A stretch of DNA of 64,000 bases from Kiloniellaceae bacterium (GTDB lineage: Bacteria > Pseudomonadota > Alphaproteobacteria > Kiloniellales > J153): contig JAJFGJ010000016.1 in the NCBI GenBank assembly GCA_021776175.1, positions 10,107 to 74,106 on the forward strand, in the 5' to 3' direction. A model generated the notes under the pieces. The model ran no database searches. It saw nothing but the letters and a program-made list of their open reading frames with translations, and had not been told where the DNA came from. Of this stretch, positions 54,225 through 64,000 are shown piece after piece (within the stretch, counting starts at the first letter, position 1; each line of letters begins with the position of its first letter). The position numbers and the translations under genes are program-made.

Positions 54225-56219
54225 TTAACCCGCCATTTTCAGGGGTTCGGTCTGGCCAAAGGTTCGAGCCTCGATAATACGCAGGTCCGCCTTGACGGTG
54301 CCCTTGCGGCCATCCTCGAAGGTCATCTCCGTTTCGACATGCACTTGGTCCTTGCTGGAATACAGCGCCTCGACAAGCGACTCGTATTTGTCGGCGACGA
54401 AGCCGCGCCGCACCTTGCGGGTGCGGGTCAACTCGCCGTCATCGGGATCCAGTTCCTTGTGCAGCACCAAAAACCGGTTGATTTGCGAACTGGCGAGCCG
54501 GGGGTCCTGGCTCAGATCGCGGTTGACCGCCTCGACATGGCTTTGAATCGTCTTCATGACGTCGGGGTTCTCCGCCAGCTCCTGGTAACTTGCGTAGGCC
54601 ACGTTGTTGCGCTCGGCCCAACTGCCGACCGCTTCCAGATCGATGTTGATGAAGGCGGCGCAATAGTCGCGCTCATGACCGTAGGCGACCGCTTCCTTGA
54701 TGTCGGGGAAAAACTTCAGCTTGTTCTCGATGTATTTCGGCGCGAACAAGCCGCCATCGTTGAGGTGGCCGACATCCTTGGCCCGGTCGATGATCCGCAG
54801 GTGGCCGTTGTCGTCCAAGAAACCGGCATCGCCGGTATGGACCCAGCCGTCCGCAGTCTTGGTCGCGGCGGTCTCTTCCGGGTTCTTGAAATATTCCACG
54901 AAAACGCCGGGCCCGCGAAACATGACCTCGCCGTCCTCGGCGACCTTGATCTCGACACCGGGCGCCGGGCATCCCACGGTGTCGGGTAGGATCTCGCCGT
55001 CCGGTTGCAGGGTAATGTACACGCTGGCTTCCGTGCTGCCGTAAAGCTGCTTCAAGTTGACGCCGATGGAGCGGTAAAAGTCGAAGATATCCGGGCCGAT
55101 CGCCTCGCCCGCCGTGTAAGCCAGGCGAATTCGAGAGAAACCCAGCGTATTGCGCAAGGGAGCGAAGATCAGAATGTCGCCCAGCGCATACAACAGGCGC
55201 TCGCCCAAGGGTACCGGCTTGCCGTCGAGGATACGGGTGCCGCAGCTTTTAGCGATCTTCATGAAATACTTGAACATCCGCCGTTTCAGTCCGCCCGCGT
55301 CCTCCATGCGGATCGTCACCGTGGTCAGGATATTCTCGAATATGCGGGGCGGGGCGAAGAAATACGTTGGGCCCAGCTCGCGCAAATCCAGCAGCACCGT
55401 ATCGCTCGATTCCGGGCACGAGACGCAGAATCCAGCAACGTAGCTTTGACCATAGGAGAACAAGTGGTCGCCGACCCAGGCCATGGGCAGGTAGGCGAGC
55501 ACCTCCTCCTCCGCGCGCAAGGAATCGAAAGCGATCCCATTGGCGGCGGTCTTGATCAGATTGTCGAAGCTGAGCACGACCCCCTTGGGCTGGCCCGTGG
55601 TGCCGGATGTGTAAAGGATGATCGCGGTATCGCCGCCGCCGCCCGCGGCAACGGCGGTGTCGAAGAAGCCGGGATGAGCGGCGTCGTAGTCGCGGCCCAG
55701 GGCTTGAACGTCCTCGAACGAATGCACGAATTCTTGTGTGTAGTTACGCAACCCGCGCGGGTTGTCGTAAATGATCTGCTCCAGCTTGGGATAGCTCTCG
55801 CGGATCGACAGCATCTTGTCGACCTGCTCCTGATCCTCGGCCAAGACGAAGCGGGCCTCGGCATGTTCGACCACGAAGGATAATTCAGTGGCCACGGAAT
55901 CCTGGTATAGCGGCACCGGGACCGCGCCAAGGACCTGGGCCGCGGTCATGGTCCAATACAGGCGCGGGCGGTTGTCGCCGATGATCGCGATCTTATCGCC
56001 CCGCTTCAGGCCAATCGCGGCCAAGCCGCAGGCCAGGGCGCGGACCTCCTGGGCGACTTCGCCCCAGGTCCAGCTCTGCCAGATGCCGTATTCCTTTTCC
56101 CGGATCGCCGGACGGTCGCCGCGGCGCTTGGCCATGTCGAGCAGCAGCTTGGGAAAGGTGTCGCCCACGCCAAGCCCAGGCGCGGCTTCGGCCCCGGCTG
56201 CGCTTGAGGCCCCGCTCAC
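54225..56219 (-). CDS. AMP-dependent acyl-CoA synthetase (long-chain-fatty-acid-CoA-ligase-like)
   Basis: Track ORF trimmed to the GTG at 56219, preceded by a GGAGGA Shine-Dalgarno. AMP-binding motif YTSGTTGQPKG. Confidence 0.85.
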   Translation of the reverse strand: MSGASSAAGAEAAPGLGVGDTFPKLLLDMAKRRGDRPAIREKEYGIWQSWTWGEVAQEVRALACGLAAIGLKRGDKIAIIGDNRPRLYWTMTAAQVLGAVPVPLYQDSVATELSFVVEHAEARFVLAEDQEQVDKMLSIRESYPKLEQIIYDNPRGLRNYTQEFVHSFEDVQALGRDYDAAHPGFFDTAVAAGGGGDTAIILYTSGTTGQPKGVVLSFDNLIKTAANGIAFDSLRAEEEVLAYLPMAWVGDHLFSYGQSYVAGFCVSCPESSDTVLLDLRELGPTYFFAPPRIFENILTTVTIRMEDAGGLKRRMFKYFMKIAKSCGTRILDGKPVPLGERLLYALGDILIFAPLRNTLGFSRIRLAYTAGEAIGPDIFDFYRSIGVNLKQLYGSTEASVYITLQPDGEILPDTVGCPAPGVEIKVAEDGEVMFRGPGVFVEYFKNPEETAATKTADGWVHTGDAGFLDDNGHLRIIDRAKDVGHLNDGGLFAPKYIENKLKFFPDIKEAVAYGHERDYCAAFINIDLEAVGSWAERNNVAYASYQELAENPDVMKTIQSHVEAVNRDLSQDPRLASSQINRFLVLHKELDPDDGELTRTRKVRRGFVADKYESLVEALYSSKDQVHVETEMTFEDGRKGTVKADLRIIEARTFGQTEPLKMAG

Positions 56220-56503
56220 GGGCGTCCTCCGCGCGGCTGGCAAGTGCCGTACGCAGCCCGGTTCCTGAACCCAATTTCGCAAGGTGGGGCCACCCGCCGA
56301 TCCTCCCTCTGGTCTGGTCTTTTCTTATTGGTATTATTTTTGATCATCTCAGGCACTATCCACGATAGCGCGCTGGAAAACGGCCGCTAGGTAAGTCCAA
56401 TTCCGCCGGGGCGTCAAGTTTCACGTGGCGCGCCCGGCTTGGCGCTCGCCGCGAAAGCCGGCGCACCCATGACCGCCAGGGAGTCAAGCTCTGGCGCCGC
56501 CTT

Positions 56504-57100
56504 CTAACCCTGCCACCGGTGGCCGCGGGCGATGACGGCGAAACGGTCCGATAGTTCCACCAGCGCCACTTCGTGCAAGGTCTCGGCATCGACAATGCCG
56601 CCGCGTCCGTCCGGCAGGTTCCTGGTCGCACAGCTTTCAGCATCGATCGTCACACGGTAACCGAGGTCGAGCGCCGCGCGCGCCGTTGAACTCACGCACA
56701 TATGAGTCATGAACCCAACTAGGATGATGTCCTTGCGCCCGGCTTCGGACAGCATCGCCTGCAAATCAGTGTCCGCGAAGGCATTTGGCAGGCTCTTTTC
56801 GATCACCGCTTCGCCCGGCGCCGGGGCGAGGGAGGGCACGATCCGGCCGCGTTCGGCCTCGCGATCGAACAAACTGCCTGGGCGGCCCTTGTGGGCGATA
56901 TGGAAGACCGGCGTTCCCGCCCGCCGCGCCGCCGCCAGAAGATCCCGCGCCCGTTCGATCGCCGCGCCGGCGCCGGCCACGGCGATCGGCCCCTCCAGAT
57001 ACTCGTTTTGCATATCGATCAGCACCAGACTGGCCTTGGCCAGGCTGGCCGGCTCGAGATCGGCACCGGACATCTGAAGCAGGGTCTTGGAATCGGCCAT
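56504..57100 (-). CDS. isochorismatase-family cysteine hydrolase
   Basis: The track start at 57115 is a TTG. The ATG at 57100 has a GAGGA Shine-Dalgarno. Motifs LVLIDMQNEY and the catalytic Cys context GFMTHMCVSST are present. Confidence 0.85.
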   Translation of the reverse strand: MADSKTLLQMSGADLEPASLAKASLVLIDMQNEYLEGPIAVAGAGAAIERARDLLAAARRAGTPVFHIAHKGRPGSLFDREAERGRIVPSLAPAPGEAVIEKSLPNAFADTDLQAMLSEAGRKDIILVGFMTHMCVSSTARAALDLGYRVTIDAESCATRNLPDGRGGIVDAETLHEVALVELSDRFAVIARGHRWQG

Positions 57101-57291
57101 GTGTTCAGTCCTCAAAGAAAGTTTATCGTCATTTTTCTATACTATCCTGTCCGGCATCGGCGCTCACGCGGGAATGTCGCGGCCAGCGACGCGGGGGTTG
57201 CCGCGGCCCTGGACAGCATCCGGGAGTGTGATAAACGCTACATTACGCGCGCGCCGCGTATCCGCACCTCGAAATAGCAAAGGCCGACGCC

Positions 57292-59964
<2,673 letters not shown>

Positions 59965-60033
59965 GGGGCCGGTATTTAGGCGGTTCGGGTCAGTCCTCGG
60001 CGTTTTCGTCCCACCTCTTAGCCGGGCTGCCCA

Positions 60034-60585
60034 TCATAGCAGGACACGGGCTTCGCATATGTGTGGGGAAGGTTGCCACTCTTTGGCAAGGCGTTCACCT
60101 TCGGCGCGTTCGGCCGGGGTGAGGTGTTCTCTAGTCGTTGAGAGTAGCCTTGCAATGTATCGCTTGTCGTTTTCGTAACCAGCAAACCTCTCCGCCAAGA
60201 GATACCACTTATAGGATTTTGCTGGGTCCTTCTCGCAGTTGTCGCTACACCAGTAGTTGGTTCCATATTCGCGAAGGCCATACATGTCTCCAAGCGAAAA
60301 CTGTGCGCGCGGTTGCCCTTGGTTTGCGGCTATAAGCCACCAAGACATGGCCTTTTCTACGCTGGCTTCCACGGCGCGGCCTTCGATGTAAAGAGTTCCC
60401 ATGCGAAACGCGGCATCGCAATCCCCAGCCTCTGCCAAAGGTTGCCAAATTTGCTTTGCGGTTACGAAATCACCACGATCGTAGAACCTGACGCCACGCA
60501 CATAGCTGTCGCTGGGATCGTAATAGGTTCCACAGGCGCCAAGAAGCGTAACAGCAAATAAGATAAAGATTCGAGCGACACTCAT
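60034..60585 (-). CDS. Sel1-repeat lipoprotein
   Basis: The track start at 60591 is a TTG. The ATG at 60585 gives an ATGA overlap with the upstream stop. Lipobox LLGAC and Sel1-like repeats (AAFRMGTLYIEGRAV...KAMSWWLIAANQG) are present. Lies in a low-GC stretch. Confidence 0.7.
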   Translation of the reverse strand: MSVARIFILFAVTLLGACGTYYDPSDSYVRGVRFYDRGDFVTAKQIWQPLAEAGDCDAAFRMGTLYIEGRAVEASVEKAMSWWLIAANQGQPRAQFSLGDMYGLREYGTNYWCSDNCEKDPAKSYKWYLLAERFAGYENDKRYIARLLSTTREHLTPAERAEGERLAKEWQPSPHICEARVLL

Positions 60586-61382
60586 TGCCAATTCACCAAC
60601 TTGACGGTCAGATCACCGCCGTGCATTCGGCTAAATACTAGCCATCCGAGAGCGGTAGAATAATACAAGTCAAAAATATATTCTGCGGATTTATCCAATA
60701 CCAGTTTTTGGCGAATGATGAAGACTTCGCCCACATCCTTACCATTGCTCAGCGGGTAAGATTCTAGGCGCTCAACGACTTCGTATTGCCCGTCTACCGA
60801 TAGCTCCCGGTTAGAAACTCCTGTGTCTGGATTACCCCAGCGACCATCGTCGATTTTCAGAAGCTCACGATACGAGTATGACTGCATGTTTCCCACGGCG
60901 AGCGGGAATAGGCGCCCGGAAACATTTGTTACCTCGACGATCTCAGTGCGCGAAAGAGAATCTCCAATATTTGGGCACCGTGGGGATGATATATGGCTGA
61001 TCGCCATATAATCCATTATGCCTGCCTGCGTCACGGCTTTGGTGACCGTCTCTGGGTTACACCGCACCTCCCCAACACCTTTGCTAACAATCAAGGTGTA
61101 GCCGTTCACAGATTCCATAATTTGCGTTGACGTCCGGTTGTATACGGTTCCTGTCGCCTCAGCGATGAGTATCGTGGTCGCCCTCCTGAACCCCGGTTTC
61201 GGGGCATCCCCAGCGCCAGGAAAGCGCGCCTCGGGACGCAGAGCGGCGAGTGTTGGGTCGGCGCGAAAAATTGGTTTTTTGGCTTCGTGACCGTCGAACG
61301 GGCTGTTCGCCGCGCATCCTTGGATAAGAAACGCCAAGAGGAGCCAGACAATATTTATCCGCTTCAAAGGTAGCGCCGTCAT
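60582..61382 (-). CDS. hypothetical lipoprotein
   Basis: 266-aa ORF behind a GGGAGGAAA Shine-Dalgarno, with lipobox LIQGC. No family recognised. Lies in a low-GC stretch. Confidence 0.6.
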   Translation of the reverse strand: MTALPLKRINIVWLLLAFLIQGCAANSPFDGHEAKKPIFRADPTLAALRPEARFPGAGDAPKPGFRRATTILIAEATGTVYNRTSTQIMESVNGYTLIVSKGVGEVRCNPETVTKAVTQAGIMDYMAISHISSPRCPNIGDSLSRTEIVEVTNVSGRLFPLAVGNMQSYSYRELLKIDDGRWGNPDTGVSNRELSVDGQYEVVERLESYPLSNGKDVGEVFIIRQKLVLDKSAEYIFDLYYSTALGWLVFSRMHGGDLTVKLVNWQ

Positions 61383-61525
61383 GGCCGTTTCCTCCCGCCA
61401 GAAGAACTAATCGGAACGAGGCACTATGCACAGCGCATTTTTAGGAGGCAATCCCCTGCCCGATGTTGCCCGCGCAGATCGCGTAGGTTCCAATCAGGTC
61501 TCAATTCCACCTTCTAACGCGGGGC

Positions 61526-61559
61526 GGGGAAAAGACGGTGAGGAGTCGCAGTCCCTCAC
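61526..61559 (-). terminator. Rho-independent terminator of the panE-like gene (stem includes the stop codon)
   Basis: The reverse strand reads GTGAGG-GACTGCGACT-CCTCAC (61538-61559), followed by CGUCUUUUCC. Confidence 0.55.
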
Positions 61560-62566
61560 GCCGCGTCGCCGAGTTTTACCCCGGCGCCTTCGAGCAGTAT
61601 GGTCTTGTTGAGCAACTTGACGCAGGCGTAAACCGCTGCGATGGCGGGGGCGGGTGTTTGGGTGATGCGGCCGAGTTCCAGCACCGCGCCGATGATGGCT
61701 TCTATTTCGAGCGAGCGGCCGAGCTCCACGTCCTGGAGCATGGAGGTCTTGTGGGCGCCGACGCCCTCCGCGCCCGCGATGCGTTTTTCGATCGTGTGGC
61801 GGAAGGCGATGCCTAGTTTTCCGGCAATGTCCTGCGCTTCCTGCATCATGGCCGCGGCCAAGTGGCGCGTTTCGGGAAACTGGCAGATGGCGGCCAGCGT
61901 CGCATGGGTCAGGGCGCTGATCGGATTGAACGATAGATTGCCCCAGGCCTTGAGCCAGATCTCGGCGCGGATGTCGTCGAGGATGCGTGAGCGGAACCCG
62001 GCCTTGACCAGCACGTCATGGAGTTGTTGAACCCGCTCGGACTCGCTGCCGTCCAGCTCGCCTATGGGGAAGCGGTCGCCTTCCACATGGTGGATGACTC
62101 CCGGCGCCGGCACGTCGGCGGCGGGATAGACGACGCAGCCGACAATGCGCGCGGCGTCGATGTTTTTCTCCAGGATGCCGCTGGGGTCGAGGGAGTCCAG
62201 GCGCTGGCCGTCGTGGGGTCCGCCGTGGCGCTGAAAATACCACCAGGGAATGCCGTTCTGCACCGTGACGATCATGGTCTCCGGCCCCAGGAGCGACGGC
62301 ACCTTGGAGGCGATGGATTCCAAGTAGTGCGCCTTGAGCGCCAGGATCACCAGGTCCTGCGGGCCGACATCGGCGAAGTCGCCCGTGGCCGCGATGTTTT
62401 TGACGACGTGCTCGCCGCCGTCTTGCCAGATTAGTTTCAGGCCGTTCTCGCGGATCGCGGCCAGGTGCGCGCCTTGGTCGATAACCGTGACTTCTTCGTC
62501 CGCCAGGGCGAATTTGGCGGCCATCAAGCCACCGATGGCGCCGGCGCCGACCACGCAAATTTTCAT
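61556..62566 (-). CDS. panE: 2-dehydropantoate 2-reductase (ketopantoate reductase) family protein
   Basis: Trimmed to the ATG at 62566 (MKICVVGAGAIGG...), an ATGA overlap with the upstream stop. Rossmann N-terminus and ApbA/PanE C-terminal block KTSMLQDVE.GR..EI. Confidence 0.8.
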   Translation of the reverse strand: MKICVVGAGAIGGLMAAKFALADEEVTVIDQGAHLAAIRENGLKLIWQDGGEHVVKNIAATGDFADVGPQDLVILALKAHYLESIASKVPSLLGPETMIVTVQNGIPWWYFQRHGGPHDGQRLDSLDPSGILEKNIDAARIVGCVVYPAADVPAPGVIHHVEGDRFPIGELDGSESERVQQLHDVLVKAGFRSRILDDIRAEIWLKAWGNLSFNPISALTHATLAAICQFPETRHLAAAMMQEAQDIAGKLGIAFRHTIEKRIAGAEGVGAHKTSMLQDVELGRSLEIEAIIGAVLELGRITQTPAPAIAAVYACVKLLNKTILLEGAGVKLGDAA

Positions 62567-63375
62567 GATGTCCTCCCGTCCTCCTTGGCCCGCGCCCATG
62601 CCTCCTGTTCGAAGACGTTACTGAGCGTGCCTATTCCCTCGATACTCACCTCGACCGTGTTGCGCGCTTCCTTCATGGAACCGACGCCCAGGGAGGTGCC
62701 GCAGCAGATCACATCGCCCGGCATCAGCGTCATGTCGGCCGAAAGCTGGCTGACGATCCGGTGCGGCGGAATGATCATATCGCTTAAGGCATAGTTCTGC
62801 CGCTCCGCGCCGTTCAATACCGTGCGCACGGAAAGTTCCTCGGGATTCACCCCGGTCGCGATCGCCGGGCCGAAGGCGCCGAAACCATCGAAACTCTTGG
62901 AGCGCGTCCACTGAGCGAATGTTTTATCCTCGCCGATGAGTTTGGCGGCGGTCACGTCGTTGACGCAGCTATAACCGAAAATATGGGCGCCGGCCTCGTG
63001 TTCCGCAATGTCCTTGCACGCCTTGCCGATGACGATACCCAGTTCGCCCTCGTAGACCACGGGCCCGTCGTAGCTTCGCGGCCGCGCGATCGTCTTGCCC
63101 GTGCCAAGGAAAGAACTACTGGCCTTGAGGAAATAGAGCGGAGACTTGGGCTCCGGCATTTCCAGCTTCGTTGCCAGGGCGTGAAAGTTGTTCCACAGCG
63201 CGATCATCTTGCCGGGCACGCAGGGCGCCAGAATCTCGATCTCGTTCAGGGGAAGCGTGCGCGGCGTGCCCGTGGGCTGGGCGAACATATCGCCCTCGTG
63301 AACCCGAACCTCGTCGCCTTCCAAGGTGCCGAACCCAGGTTCATTCAGGTGTGCATAGCGAATCCAAAGTGGCAT
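62563..63375 (-). CDS. fumarylacetoacetate hydrolase (FAH) family protein
   Basis: 270-aa ORF. The blocks YEGELGIVIGK, GYSCVNDVTA and PGDVICCGT are typical of the FAH / 2-keto-4-pentenoate hydratase family. Confidence 0.85.
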   Translation of the reverse strand: MPLWIRYAHLNEPGFGTLEGDEVRVHEGDMFAQPTGTPRTLPLNEIEILAPCVPGKMIALWNNFHALATKLEMPEPKSPLYFLKASSSFLGTGKTIARPRSYDGPVVYEGELGIVIGKACKDIAEHEAGAHIFGYSCVNDVTAAKLIGEDKTFAQWTRSKSFDGFGAFGPAIATGVNPEELSVRTVLNGAERQNYALSDMIIPPHRIVSQLSADMTLMPGDVICCGTSLGVGSMKEARNTVEVSIEGIGTLSNVFEQEAWARAKEDGRTS

Positions 63376-63563
63376 GGTGGTAAGACCAATTCTTATTGGA
63401 AAGCCAATAGGTTAACGCTCTAAATGCTTGCGGTCCAGGGTGCCTCTTGGGTGTACTCTTCACATGGCCGTGATCCGGCGCCGGGTCTTGGCGAAGAGTG
63501 CATCGTGCCCAAGGGACGGGGCAGATACCGCCCCTAGGCGGCGGAGCCGCTATCGCCCTAAAG

Positions 63564-64000
63564 CTAGACGGCGGTGTAGATCCCGGCGGCCTTGACGTCC
63601 TCGCCGACATGAGCTTCGAATTGCTTGAAGTTGGCTTCGAAACGGCCCGAGAGATCGCGGGCGGTTTGGTCGTAGGCCCCCTTGTCGGCCCAGGTGTTGC
63701 GTGGGTCGAGAACCTCGTCCGGCACATCCGGGCACGATTCCGGGATCGCCACACCGAAGGCCGGGTGCACCTTGGTCGCGACCTTGCCCAAGCGGCCATC
63801 GAGGGCGGCACGCACCAGGGCGCGTGTGTGCTCGATGCGCATGCGCGCGCCAACGCCATAGGCGCCACCGCTCCAGCCGGTGTTGACCAGCCAGCACTTG
63901 GCGCCCGTGCGCTCCATCTTCTTGCCCAGGAGCTTGGCGTAGACCGAAGGATGGCGCGGCATGAAGGGGGCGCCGAAGCAGGTCGAGAAGGTCGCCTTGG
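63564..64000 (-). CDS. pckA: phosphoenolpyruvate carboxykinase (ATP), C-terminal fragment (gene runs off the window end)
   Basis: The C-terminal block CWLVNTGWSGGAYGVGARM...DPRNTWADK is characteristic of ATP-dependent PckA. Confidence 0.9.
   Translation of the reverse strand, partial: KATFSTCFGAPFMPRHPSVYAKLLGKKMERTGAKCWLVNTGWSGGAYGVGARMRIEHTRALVRAALDGRLGKVATKVHPAFGVAIPESCPDVPDEVLDPRNTWADKGAYDQTARDLSGRFEANFKQFEAHVGEDVKAAGIYTAV

Noticed and set aside
56356-56368. Palindrome CTATC-CAC-GATAG upstream of the acyl-CoA synthetase operon
   Set aside because: With only 5-bp arms, such palindromes occur by chance. There is no second copy or nearby regulator to support an operator call.
59965-60033. 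Possible flanking direct repeats of the low-GC islet (ATTTAGGCGG at about 59976 versus ATTTTTAGGAGG at about 61436)
   Set aside because: The similarity is short and imperfect, which is not sufficient to call att-like repeats.

Overview
GC-rich chromosomal segment. Hand-counted 60-nt lines in ordinary genes give about 62% GC. Gene content looks alphaproteobacterial, and the window is almost entirely coding.

It is dominated by solute import and catabolic enzymes:
- two complete Opp/Dpp-type ABC systems
- two complete Liv-type ABC systems
- one orphan family-5 binding protein
- housekeeping genes pncA, acnA, a pckA fragment, and a CopA-type ATPase

I recognise no rRNA, tRNA, CRISPR array, transposase/integrase, phage or known defence genes. 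I also recognise no clear transcription-factor gene.

Most of the long alternative-frame ORFs in the track are GC-rich artefacts. Several real genes were trimmed to internal starts that are translationally coupled to the upstream stop codon.

Observations worth a second look:
1. Two paralogous 43-codon membrane-peptide genes fall below the ORF-track cutoff. Each sits behind the same pair of CRP-type TGTGA-N6-TCACA operators spaced 32 bp apart.
2. A convergent two-operon locus combines a Mo-hydroxylase, a 6-hydroxynicotinate-reductase-like protein and an enamidase-like amidohydrolase. It also carries a Liv-type importer and three tightly coupled genes of unknown function (UPF0280/ApbE-like and two DUF1185).
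3. An operon combines an FkbO/Hyg5-like chorismatase, a nitronate monooxygenase, and a DUF35/thiolase-fold pair that both appear to lack their canonical cysteines.
4. Several structured or repeat-rich non-coding regions are present.
5. A low-GC islet carries two overlapping lipoprotein genes.

All family assignments come from reading the translations by eye. None has been checked against a database.
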